DNA of 38,250 bases, from contig JBHGBC010000047.1 of the NCBI GenBank assembly GCA_041946805.1, positions 1 to 38,250 of the forward strand, written 5' to 3'. This DNA comes from a bacterium. GTDB taxonomy: Bacteria > Hinthialibacterota > Hinthialibacteria > Hinthialibacterales > Hinthialibacteraceae. Position 1 is the first letter of the stretch. Each line of letters opens with the position of its first letter. A model generated the notes under the pieces. It was not told the DNA's origin. It saw only the letters and a program-made list of their open reading frames with translations, and did not search any database. The position numbers were made by a program, and so were the translations under genes. Positions 1-9,365 of the stretch are shown piece by piece.

Positions 1-259
1 TTTTCGTGATGTAAGTTCCGCCGCGATTTTTTGGGAATCTTAGTTCACGGATTCAGGTCAATGGTTATTGTCGATTCCATTAAAGCGGGAAACTTGTAAA
101 AGTAGAAGGGATCAACACGCAGTGCGCAATCCCGCATACTTGGGAATATCAAACTGACTCATTATCTATAAAACTCTATTTAAACGAATCCCGCGCTTCA
201 GCCCCGGGGCCACTCCTCTTCCCCATCTCCCCCGCCTTATTGGTAATGATCCGCCTCCA

Positions 260-287
260 TTGACCTTTGGCCACGGGCGGAGATAAT
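260..287 (+). promoter_or_regulatory. sigma70-like promoter upstream of the giant CDS
   Basis: TTGACC (260-265), 16-nt spacer, GATAAT (282-287). Confidence 0.55.
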
Positions 288-305
288 ATTCACGTTAACG
301 TTAAT
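288..305. promoter_or_regulatory. operator-like palindrome at the predicted transcription start
   Basis: ATTCACGTTAACGTTAAT, with a perfect ACGTTAACGT core (292-301) and a CG-centred GTTAAC-GTTAAT dyad. Confidence 0.45.
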
Positions 306-457
306 CTAAAGGGATTTTGATGTTTTTTGGTGTGGCGTGACCGGTATTTTGCCGCTCTGGAGGGCATCAGCACCGTCTTTCTCACCCAACCATTCACTCT
401 GGGTCCCTGTTACGTTCCACGAACCATAGACTTCATTCTTCGTGAGGGTGCCGAACT

Positions 458-3400
458 ATGACACAGCATGGCCTTCCTGTCAGCCTGGTGGAAAAGCACA
501 ACGAGAGAACCAATGTCCAAAAAGCGCGGCGGATTCCCGGCGAGTGGCTGGAATCCGGTTCAATCCAACTGAAGCCCACCCTGGGCGCTTCACGGGTGGA
601 GCCAGGCGAGCAAGACCGGCCCACGGCGGAAGCCGCGGCGGCGTGGCTGAACGAAGGCTTCCGGTATTTGGAGGCCTATTCCAGTCATCCCGCGGTGAGT
701 TTTCCGTACGAATCGGTACAAAATCATTCCCCCCGGCTGACGGCCGCGTGGATGAAAAATCACCATGTCCTCGTTGATGTGATCACGGGTGAGGGAAATC
801 CGGTGATCCGCGTGGATACGTCGTGGGTGGAACCGTTCCAGGCTACGGTCTCGCAAGGAAAACTGGCCGCCGCCGATCCCGCGGACACCCAGGGCTTGTC
901 CGTGTTGTCAGCGTTGGCCTGGGTGCATGTTTTCGCCACGCTGAAGGGCGATTCGTCCCGGGACGCACTGCACACGGTCTTGGACCTGGCTTCGGAGCTG
1001 CCTGAAGCGGACCTCGAATGCCTGCACAGGGCCCTGGGCGGACGCGTACTGGACAGCAATAACGCCTTCAGCCTGTTCTTGCGGGGAGTCCAAGACGCCC
1101 GGGCAGCCCGGGAGCTGGAAGGATTGGACCTAGATCTTTTCCGGGGCATCCGGACGCGGGTGTTGCTGGAAGCCGGGAACCAGTTGGAGCGCGAAGGATT
1201 CGCCTCCCGGCGGCTCGGAAATGAGTCCTCCATGGATTTATCGGCCTCGCTGCTGAAACTGGCGGGAACGCGGGACGGCCTCCGGATCGAGGAGCGGGAA
1301 ATCGACAAATTGCTCAGCCGGATTCAATCTCTGCCCGGCCTCAACGGTCACGCCGCCGCGCCCGTAATCCAGTTGATCGAAAAGACCGTGAAATGGCGGG
1401 ACAAATGGGTGACCTGGATGCTGGGCCAGCAACGGGTGGACATGCCCTATGATCAGACCCGCGTGATCCGGCTGCTGGACGAGGACATCGCGGATGTCGA
1501 TGAAAAGCGCGCCTTGATCAACGAGGCGGTAAGCACCACCTACGACCTGGAGATCGAAGGCGGCAATATCCTGCGCCTCTCGTCATGGGCCCGGCAAAGC
1601 GGGATGCGGATGGTGGCGGGACGGTTGAGCCGGGCGTTCGGCAACCAGGCGCATCTGCTCTCGGCGGCCCAGGTGCTGGCGGACAAGGAAGGGATGCTGC
1701 CGTCCGTCAAACGGCTGCACGAGGCGAGCATGGGTGTGAGCGCCCTGCAAACCCAGGCCACGCGCCTTTTGCACCTTATCCAGCAACGCAAGCCCACCCC
1801 CTACGCGCAAACCATCGGCGCGTTGAACGCCTACGAAGAAGCGCTGTTCGAGTATCAGTCCAAGGAATTCCAACGGATGCTGCGGGAAAAGGACGAAGCC
1901 TCCCGGCGGCCCATCGGACGGCATGGCGCGGATGTCTGCGGGCCGGTGCTCGACGGAATACAAAGCCGGATCCGGAACTTGTACCAGGTGGCGGCCGAGT
2001 TCCGGGACCAATTGGAATTGTCAAAAAAAGACCCGGCGGCGTTCATCATTTATCTGCAACGCCTGCATCCGGCGGAAACCATCAATCTGGCCAACGCCAA
2101 CCTGTTGCGCGAAGTGCATCCCGGCAAGGAAGAGGACTTGCGCGACCTGACCCGGCAAGGCGGGCATTTCACATACTCCAGTCCCGGCCTGGGGCGGATC
2201 CCCCAAGGCCATAACGGTCCGGACCGCGGGGGCGACACGCATTGGATCATCCAGGTGGATGACTGGATCGAGGCGATTCCCCTGTTCATCCACGAACGCG
2301 TGGTCAAAAGGACCATCCAGCTGGGCGGCGAGGAGACCACGGTGGAATTGATCGAAACGGAAGTGGACCAGGACGCGATGGAGGTCTTCTTCCGGCTGCA
2401 CGCGGAATTCTGGGCGCGGAACATCGAAGCGGTGATGGATTCGGAGCACGTGGGCCTGGCGCGGCGGTTGCTGGTGCAGGGTGATCCCGAATGGCGGGCG
2501 GCGATGGAGGAATTCCGGCGGGCGAATCCCGACAAGCCGGAAGATGAAGCCGCCCTGTTCGTGACCCAGCAGCATTCCGAACTGACCGAGGGCCTCGTGG
2601 CGTTGGGGGCGCTGGTGGGAGCGGCGTACCGGGATAAGATCGAGGAAATCAGCCGGATGGTCGAGATGGAGGACATCCCGCGCATCACGGCGGTGGAGAA
2701 CGCGATCCGGCAGGACAAGGGATTGGATGTGGCCAAGGCGTTGAAGAAGGGAAACGCCGTGGCGGTTTTGAAGGAGGCGGTGCGCAAGGCCGGCGGCCGG
2801 GAGGATTCGCTGAAACAAGAAGCCGCGCGGATGAAACCCTGGGCCGGCCTGCCCGCGCGCAAGGTCCCCAGCCTGCACATCCTGACCACGGAATCGGCGG
2901 GCATGACCGAAGGCTATGTCCAGACCTGGATCGAAGAGGAAATGGCCCTCTATAACGTGGTGCGGCGCGAAGGGCTGGAGGGCGAAGTCCAGCAGCGCAT
3001 GGGCGAGTTCCGCGCCCGGGTGCAAAGCGTGGCCCGCCAGGTGATCGCCGAATTCGGCATGAGCGTGGTCATCGACGAGGTGATGGCCCAGCAGCGCCTG
3101 CCCGAGCCGGCGGCGGTGATGACCGTGCTCACTTCATTCAAGCCGGTCATGGAGGAGGCCGCCAAGCTGGCCGTGCTGATCGAGATGGACGAGGCGCGCT
3201 CGAAAAAGAAGCCCCGTTTCGACCGGGCGGACGATCCCAAGGAGGTCGAGGAATACCTGAAAAAGCATCGCGCCCGGTTGATGAAGACCGCCGTGGCCAA
3301 GGTGGCGGAGAACAACGGCAAAGCCTTCGAGAAGCGGGTGGAGGAAATCCGGGCGGAACACAAAAAATTGGATCTATTTGAGGCCCAGAAAAAGGCCATC

Positions 3401-6400
3401 CAAAGCGAAGCGGATTACCGGGAGGAATTCGAGGCGGTCATGCGCTTCGAGGCGCGCGCCGGAGTCTTGGAGGACCTCGACCGCCGGTATCCGGAACGGC
3501 GGGTCTTCGAGCAAGTCCGAACCTACATCCGCACCCACACGGCGCTGGCCAAATCGACCGCCCGCAAGGAAGTGATCGCCCGGCGCCAACTCAATCAACT
3601 GGCCATGCACCCGCTGTATTACTATCAGGCGGCCGGCGGCAACAAGCGCTACAACCTGCTCTACACCCCCAGCCGCGTCAACCTGGGCGAGCGCGAGCGC
3701 GACTCGGTCGTCAAGTGGCGGCAGTGGGTCGGCGGGGCGGACCGCTGGGCGGCGCGCGCGGGTTTCGAGTTCTATAGCCTGATCAACGAGGGAGGCGTGG
3801 AAGAGCGTCCCGCGCTGGCCTACGCGGAAATCCAGAAAACCTCGGAAAACGCGTTGTGCGTCACTCATTTCGCCGGGTCCAACGCCCTGGCGCTGCTGTG
3901 CATGGCGGTGCTGGAAGGCGACGCCGAGGACATGGCCGACCAGATGAACCTGCGCCAGGACCGCCTGATTCCCCCCGCGGGCGAAGGCTACGGCGGCTAT
4001 TGCGTGCCCAAGGACGGCCTGTTTTTGGCGTTCGTGCTCTCGCTGCAAAACGAGGTGAAATTGCGCCAGATGGGCATCCCCGAGCGCTATCACGAAGGCG
4101 TGATGAAAATGGCCAAGGAAGTGCTGCTGCATCAGAACGACTTCGAGAGCCATTTCGCCTGGCAGCGCTGGGCGGCGGAAAAACTGTTGGTCTATAAACA
4201 ATTGAAGAAATATTTCGACCTGGACGGAGAAATCCTGGTCTTCCATATCACCAAGATCGCCCGGGCGGTCGAGAATCTGGGGCAGCCCTGGCACGAGACC
4301 ACCCACGGCTCGAAGCTGGTGGCCAACCTGGCGGCCCGCTGGGGCGTGGACAAGATGATCATCCGGGCCGAGCAGGTCAACCGCTTCATGGTCTTCTATA
4401 AGGCATGGATGATCTACGACGCCCTGCGCGAGGCGCGGGAAGAAAATCCCAACTGTCCCGCCGAGGACGAAGCGGTGGTGGCCCTCTCCGCCGAATACAA
4501 GCCGGTGCAGGACGTGCGGTATTCCACCGGCATGCGGCTCTTCGAACTGTTGGCGCGGACCGGCGACCACCTCTATCACTCGCTGGACGAAGAAGGCCAG
4601 AATCTGGCGTATCTCATGTTCCACGGATTCGATCCGGACACCCAGGATCCCCGCGGGCGGCGCGTGATCCGCGAACTCTACCAGCAATTGAACATCTCCA
4701 AGGACAATCCCGAGATCCAGGCGCGGCTGCGCGAGGCGTTCCCCCCGCACCGTTCGCCGGGCGACATCGTCATGACCTCGGTGACCCTCTCCTCCACCCA
4801 GGACATGCTCTTTTACACGAGCGACACGCGGCTGGATGAAATCGCCTCGCAGGTGCAGGTCATTCTCGGCGATTACGGCCTGACCGAAGATCAAATCCGC
4901 GCCAACGCCACCGTGTACGGCGGGCGGCTGCGGCAATGGGCGGGGATCAAACAGCTGCCGAAAGAGGAGCAGGACGAATTGATCGCCCGGGTGGACGGCC
5001 GGATTCACGCCCTGGTGCTCAAGATGCGGGGTCCGGGACGCGGCTACGAGAAGGACATCCAGGGAATCGACGTGCTCAATACCGGCATTCCGTTCCCCGA
5101 ACTGCTGCGGCTCGTGGACGACATGCCGAAAGTGGTGGCCCTCATGCGCAACGGCAATCCCCACAGCGCCCTGGCGATCACCGACGGGACGGCGGGACGC
5201 GCGCGGCGGGCGTTGACCTACCGGGACGTCCAGCTCTTCTTCGCGGCGTGTGAGCAAATCGGCCGCCAGGGCATCTACCGCGCCGTGGGACTGGGCAAGC
5301 GCAATATCGACCGCCTGCGCGAGGAGATGCGGCGCAAGCGTGAACGGGCCGAGCGGCTCTTCCAGGCGGTGGCGGCGGTGGCCAAGGCCGCGGATGAAAC
5401 GCGGCGGGAACAAGCCCTGGCCGAGGCGCTGAATCAATACCAGTACCTGCGCGAGAACATCACCGTGGCGGAAGAGGCGGTGGCGGCCTTGCGCGAAGAA
5501 GAGAAGATGAAGCGCTACAAGAAGTGGAAGAAACGCGATTATTACATCAGCCAGGCGCTGGCCAAGATCAGCGCCGGCCTTCCCCTGGCGCGGCTCGATT
5601 TCGGCCTGTGGCTGGCGGGCATCGGAGGTGTGTACGCCGTCACCGGCGAGCCGGAGGCGGAAATTCAGAAACGCGTTGCCTTATGGAACGAGGGGCTGGA
5701 GATCATCGCCCGGCAGGCCGATCCCCGGGAAGCGGAGGGCGTGAACGGCTTCACCGCCGCCGAGCAGGCCGATTTGTACAAGCACCTGGTACGGCCCGAG
5801 TACGTGCCCGAGACCCAGCGTTTCGCCCAACAGATGCTGGTCGAATCGTCCAGCAAGGCGGTGGAAATCGCCGCGCGCGAGGCGTTGGAACGGCGCAAGG
5901 CCCTGAAAATCCGGGCCGAACGGGCGCGCGCCTTCAATGACCGCGAGGACGGCTTCCGCGAATCGTTCAAAGAAGGCGAGATTCCCGCCTTCGATCCGAT
6001 TTGGAACGAAGCGCAAAAATGTCTGGCTTCCATTCAATCAGGCCTGGACGTCATCTACTCCTTGAAGGGAACGGAAGCGAAGTGGACGGAAACGCAATCC
6101 CAGATCAACCGCGATTTCGGCCGGTTCATCGGCTTGACGCGGTCGGGATTGACACGGCTCTTCCTGGATATTCTTCCCGAGGATAACGCCGGGCAGCGCT
6201 CTTTGAAGAAACAAGCTCTGACCGACCTCGCCACGGTGTATACCGGCCGCGAGATCATTCTCGAAGATCTGAAAAAACTGATCGGCGGATACGAAGACAT
6301 CGGCGCGGTCGCCCGGCTGGCCGAGGCGGCGAACGGCAACCGGGAACAGCTGGAAGCCATCGCCCGGGGGATTGAACTGCTGTACATCACCTTCGCCCTG

Positions 6401-8494
6401 GCCCAGACGCTGGAATTCGTCCTGGTCCCCGCCGAGGATGTCGATCCCGCGCTGCTCTGGAAGAACGTGGTGGATTTCTTCGCGGAAACCATCAATGACC
6501 ACTGGTTCAATTACTGGCCGTGGGCGTATTCGCGCGGCGTGGGCTTCCAGGACATGCCGGACGACGATAAGTACCGGCTGGCGGTCGAACGCCACGCCTG
6601 GCTGTACGATTATTTCCGCGCGCTTTACATCCATCGCACCGAGCTGCGTGGCTGGAGCGCGCGCGACCGCGACGCGCTGCTGGGAAACTTCAGCGGCAAG
6701 AACCAAATCGTGGCCATCGGAGCGGGCGGATTCACCGAGGACATGATCCGCTGGCGCGCCTACAACCAGCTGCGCGAGTTGGCCTTCCTCAAGAGCGACG
6801 GTTTCGAGTTCCCGCCCGTGTTCCACGAATTCGATCCGGACCTCATCGAAGCGGACAAACGTGTGAATGTCGCGTTCCTGTTCCCCATCGGGCGGACGCA
6901 CGTGTCGCGGGCGCTGCGCGAAGGCCCCACGTTGAACCAGCAGCTGCAAAGTGAAAAGCGGCCCGGCGCCAATCTGCTCATCACCCGCCATGGCCGGTTC
7001 GTTGAGGTGGAGGGCGCGAAACGCAAAGTGCTGCTGGTGGACGACGCGCATTTCTATATCAGCGAAGCCGAGTTCGCGGAGGCGTTGAAACAGCTGAAAC
7101 TCAAGAAACCCGAGATCAAGGAGCGGATCCAACAAGAGAAGGCCGCGGGACGCCTGACGCCCAAAGGCATCCGCGTGGCCGCGCGCTTCGTGAAAAACGG
7201 ACGGCCTTCGCCGGTGGCCGTCGGCGGCCTGGTTCCCTTCCACGGCCTGCCGATTTACGTCAATGGACAATCGGAAGCGGAGGGGATGCCGGCCACGATC
7301 CAATCGCAGGTGTACACCGACATCACCTACGACAAATCGCTGTATCCCCGGATCTACACGCCCGAAACGGGCGTGCAGCTGCCCCCGGAGATCGACTGGC
7401 TGAATGAATGGAATGAAGACCTCGACGCGGACTCGATTCTCCAACGGATCGCGGAAGGGTATCCCGAAAAGCGCTTCCCGGGCCTGCGGACCTTCGCGCT
7501 CGAACACCCGATCATCCTCATCAAGGGCGCGGCCGAATCGGGAGCGCGCAACCTGAAGGTCTTCGAGGTGCAGGACGATCACGCCCGCGTGCGCGAGGAC
7601 GGCCTCAAGGAAACGGCGCGCTTCGTGTACGACGTCTCGCGCGGCCAGAACGTGGTCATCCAGGCGGCGGTTTTCACCAATCCGGAACTGTGGGCGTCGC
7701 CCGAGCTGATGGAAAGTTTCGTGGAGCGGCAGATCCTGGAATGGAACACGCCCGTGAACCGGGACTCCTACCCGCGCTCGCAGATCTACGGCTCCATGCG
7801 CATCGTGACCTGCTCCTCGCATCCCAAGCGGAAGTACGAAACCGCCTTCCCGATTTCGTTGATGAGCCTGCAGGTCGCCACCAACGTCGGCCGCGGCGGG
7901 ACGTTGGAGCCGCTGCGCGAGGAGCATATCCGAAAGCCGTTCCGCAAGATGATCCTCGAAGGCCTGCGCGCCGAAGGCCCCAAGGTCATGGAAGCCTTGA
8001 ACCGCTACGTGAAAAAATACGGCGCGGAGTGGGAAGCCCACACCGGCAAGACCATCGGCCAGGACCTGCGCGGCGTGTCGTACGGCTGGGCCAATTACCT
8101 GATGTGCGATTACGTTATCACTCCGGTCTTCAAGCGCCGGGGGCGGCTGGTGGATATCCTGCCGGTTTTTGATGAAAATGGCCGCCGCGTCGGCTCGAAG
8201 CCCATTCTGCAGGACGAGACCGGGCGTTTCGAAGGCGAGATCGTGGATTGGCGGTTCATCCACCTCGAGCCTAACGTCGGCATCGGACTGTGGGACCGCT
8301 ACAACCTGCGCGAAGAAGCCAACGAGCGGATCAGCAGCCAGCGTGAAGGCCGGCCCTTCGACTGGAACCGCGTGGGCCAGGGCGACCGCGTCGTGCTGCG
8401 CAGCTATGTCCTCGGCGGCGAGGAGTACCTCAAGGCCAACTTCGGCAAAAAAGGCATCCAGCGCGCGAAGATTGAAAAAGCGGTGGAGAAATAG
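458..8494 (+). CDS. giant multidomain protein: expanded nucleotide-sugar dehydrogenase (UDP-Glc/GDP-Man DH family)-like region plus C-terminal ATP-grasp domain
   Basis: 2678-aa ORF with strong GC3 bias. Dehydrogenase motifs in order: LTTESAGMTE, YTPSRVNLG, AEIQKTSEN, GEGYGGYCVPKD, YKPVQDVRYS, YRAVGLG. ATP-grasp motifs: ILIKGAAESGARN, VVIQAAV, TNVGRGG, MCDY, LEPN. Confidence 0.75.
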   Translation: MTQHGLPVSLVEKHNERTNVQKARRIPGEWLESGSIQLKPTLGASRVEPGEQDRPTAEAAAAWLNEGFRYLEAYSSHPAVSFPYESVQNHSPRLTAAWMKNHHVLVDVITGEGNPVIRVDTSWVEPFQATVSQGKLAAADPADTQGLSVLSALAWVHVFATLKGDSSRDALHTVLDLASELPEADLECLHRALGGRVLDSNNAFSLFLRGVQDARAARELEGLDLDLFRGIRTRVLLEAGNQLEREGFASRRLGNESSMDLSASLLKLAGTRDGLRIEEREIDKLLSRIQSLPGLNGHAAAPVIQLIEKTVKWRDKWVTWMLGQQRVDMPYDQTRVIRLLDEDIADVDEKRALINEAVSTTYDLEIEGGNILRLSSWARQSGMRMVAGRLSRAFGNQAHLLSAAQVLADKEGMLPSVKRLHEASMGVSALQTQATRLLHLIQQRKPTPYAQTIGALNAYEEALFEYQSKEFQRMLREKDEASRRPIGRHGADVCGPVLDGIQSRIRNLYQVAAEFRDQLELSKKDPAAFIIYLQRLHPAETINLANANLLREVHPGKEEDLRDLTRQGGHFTYSSPGLGRIPQGHNGPDRGGDTHWIIQVDDWIEAIPLFIHERVVKRTIQLGGEETTVELIETEVDQDAMEVFFRLHAEFWARNIEAVMDSEHVGLARRLLVQGDPEWRAAMEEFRRANPDKPEDEAALFVTQQHSELTEGLVALGALVGAAYRDKIEEISRMVEMEDIPRITAVENAIRQDKGLDVAKALKKGNAVAVLKEAVRKAGGREDSLKQEAARMKPWAGLPARKVPSLHILTTESAGMTEGYVQTWIEEEMALYNVVRREGLEGEVQQRMGEFRARVQSVARQVIAEFGMSVVIDEVMAQQRLPEPAAVMTVLTSFKPVMEEAAKLAVLIEMDEARSKKKPRFDRADDPKEVEEYLKKHRARLMKTAVAKVAENNGKAFEKRVEEIRAEHKKLDLFEAQKKAIQSEADYREEFEAVMRFEARAGVLEDLDRRYPERRVFEQVRTYIRTHTALAKSTARKEVIARRQLNQLAMHPLYYYQAAGGNKRYNLLYTPSRVNLGERERDSVVKWRQWVGGADRWAARAGFEFYSLINEGGVEERPALAYAEIQKTSENALCVTHFAGSNALALLCMAVLEGDAEDMADQMNLRQDRLIPPAGEGYGGYCVPKDGLFLAFVLSLQNEVKLRQMGIPERYHEGVMKMAKEVLLHQNDFESHFAWQRWAAEKLLVYKQLKKYFDLDGEILVFHITKIARAVENLGQPWHETTHGSKLVANLAARWGVDKMIIRAEQVNRFMVFYKAWMIYDALREAREENPNCPAEDEAVVALSAEYKPVQDVRYSTGMRLFELLARTGDHLYHSLDEEGQNLAYLMFHGFDPDTQDPRGRRVIRELYQQLNISKDNPEIQARLREAFPPHRSPGDIVMTSVTLSSTQDMLFYTSDTRLDEIASQVQVILGDYGLTEDQIRANATVYGGRLRQWAGIKQLPKEEQDELIARVDGRIHALVLKMRGPGRGYEKDIQGIDVLNTGIPFPELLRLVDDMPKVVALMRNGNPHSALAITDGTAGRARRALTYRDVQLFFAACEQIGRQGIYRAVGLGKRNIDRLREEMRRKRERAERLFQAVAAVAKAADETRREQALAEALNQYQYLRENITVAEEAVAALREEEKMKRYKKWKKRDYYISQALAKISAGLPLARLDFGLWLAGIGGVYAVTGEPEAEIQKRVALWNEGLEIIARQADPREAEGVNGFTAAEQADLYKHLVRPEYVPETQRFAQQMLVESSSKAVEIAAREALERRKALKIRAERARAFNDREDGFRESFKEGEIPAFDPIWNEAQKCLASIQSGLDVIYSLKGTEAKWTETQSQINRDFGRFIGLTRSGLTRLFLDILPEDNAGQRSLKKQALTDLATVYTGREIILEDLKKLIGGYEDIGAVARLAEAANGNREQLEAIARGIELLYITFALAQTLEFVLVPAEDVDPALLWKNVVDFFAETINDHWFNYWPWAYSRGVGFQDMPDDDKYRLAVERHAWLYDYFRALYIHRTELRGWSARDRDALLGNFSGKNQIVAIGAGGFTEDMIRWRAYNQLRELAFLKSDGFEFPPVFHEFDPDLIEADKRVNVAFLFPIGRTHVSRALREGPTLNQQLQSEKRPGANLLITRHGRFVEVEGAKRKVLLVDDAHFYISEAEFAEALKQLKLKKPEIKERIQQEKAAGRLTPKGIRVAARFVKNGRPSPVAVGGLVPFHGLPIYVNGQSEAEGMPATIQSQVYTDITYDKSLYPRIYTPETGVQLPPEIDWLNEWNEDLDADSILQRIAEGYPEKRFPGLRTFALEHPIILIKGAAESGARNLKVFEVQDDHARVREDGLKETARFVYDVSRGQNVVIQAAVFTNPELWASPELMESFVERQILEWNTPVNRDSYPRSQIYGSMRIVTCSSHPKRKYETAFPISLMSLQVATNVGRGGTLEPLREEHIRKPFRKMILEGLRAEGPKVMEALNRYVKKYGAEWEAHTGKTIGQDLRGVSYGWANYLMCDYVITPVFKRRGRLVDILPVFDENGRRVGSKPILQDETGRFEGEIVDWRFIHLEPNVGIGLWDRYNLREEANERISSQREGRPFDWNRVGQGDRVVLRSYVLGGEEYLKANFGKKGIQRAKIEKAVEK

Positions 8495-8527
8495 GAATCC
8501 CGTTGTTTTTATGCGTTGGTATATTGC

Positions 8528-8562
8528 GTAAGGATAAGCCGCCGAGTAAGGCGGAATCCTTC
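8528..8562 (+). repeat. GTAG-type REP-like hairpin (degenerate)
   Basis: gtaaggataagccgcc-gagtaa-ggcggaatccttc inverted repeat 33 nt after the giant gene stop; may also act as a terminator. Confidence 0.45.
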
Positions 8563-8685
8563 GAAAACGGTCCAGGGCAGGTGAGATGCGATTTGAAGCC
8601 TGCCCGGTATGGATCTGACTCGATTTGATAATAAAATAAGCTCATGGGATGTCTCATATCTATTCATAGGGAGAAGGACAAATCC

Positions 8686-8901
8686 ATGTTCGATCGAATC
8701 GAAATCGATCCGGAAAAATTACTTGGGCAACCGGTCATAAAAGGCACCCGCCTTCCCATCTATGTAATTGTCGAGGCCATTGCTCAGGGAGATCCGATCG
8801 AGGAATTATTATCCGCGTTTCCATTCTTAATCCGGGAAGATATATCCCAGGCGCTCCGGTATGCCGCGCATTTAAGCCAACATGGAGTTGAGGTGGCTTG
8901 A
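8686..8901 (+). CDS. DUF433 family antitoxin
   Basis: MFDRIEIDPEKLLGQPVIKGTRLPI...EELLSAFPFLIREDISQALRYAA is the DUF433 pattern; RBS-like GGAGAAGGA before ATG 8686. Confidence 0.9.
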   Translation: MFDRIEIDPEKLLGQPVIKGTRLPIYVIVEAIAQGDPIEELLSAFPFLIREDISQALRYAAHLSQHGVEVA

Positions 8902-9254
8902 TGCGGTTTCTGATTGATGAAAATCTGCCGGTCGGGTTAGTCAAAATCGCTGAACAACATCACTTCAAGGCGGCATGGGTCCGGGATCTTTTTCCAGGCG
9001 CCAAGGATCATGTAATTCTGAAACGATTGAATGAAACGAAAGAAATTCTTGTTACCCGGGATATTGGTTTCGCCAATATGATTTTCAAACAAATGAATCT
9101 AGTAGAATGTTTATCCGGAGTTGTACTTATTCGCGAACAAAAGCTGAATATTATCTATACAATATGGGATGATTATCTCCAGGATGCTATTGCCCCGCCA
9201 AGCATGGTTGTCTTGGGAGTTAATTATGTTCGTGTATATAAAATTCATAATTGA
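8901..9254 (+). CDS. DUF5615 family PIN-like toxin
   Basis: MRFLIDENLP...GAKDHVI...ILVTRDIGF; TGATG stop/start overlap with the DUF433 gene; AT-rich. Confidence 0.88.
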   Translation: MRFLIDENLPVGLVKIAEQHHFKAAWVRDLFPGAKDHVILKRLNETKEILVTRDIGFANMIFKQMNLVECLSGVVLIREQKLNIIYTIWDDYLQDAIAPPSMVVLGVNYVRVYKIHN

Positions 9255-9295
9255 ATGATGTGTATCTCATCACGGATTTGAAGATATTTAGCGCG

Positions 9296-9329
9296 GTAGG
9301 ATGGATCAGCGCAAAGCGCGTAACCCATC
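9296..9329 (+). repeat. GTAG-type REP, family B (GTAGGATGG...GCGCGTAACCCATC)
   Basis: gtaggatggatcagcgcaaagcgcgtaacccatc; related copies at 19754, 19855, 21869, 22910 and 37003. Confidence 0.7.
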
Positions 9330-9365
9330 AAAAACACACACTTCTCTGATAAATCTCCTCTCGGC

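Noticed and set aside
306..457. Riboswitch or ncRNA in the giant gene's leader
   Set aside because: I could not recognise any known aptamer consensus or terminator; an Rfam/Infernal search would be needed.
2900..3640. Intein as the explanation for the large insert in the dehydrogenase region
   Set aside because: No intein splice-junction (C/S...HN-C/S/T) or LAGLIDADG motifs; the sequence looks like charged helices.
3374..8263. Long antisense ORFs (687 aa at 3374-5437 and 741 aa at 6038-8263) inside the giant gene
   Set aside because: Typical shadow frames from high GC3 codon bias; no recognisable motifs and fully overlapped by a well-supported CDS.
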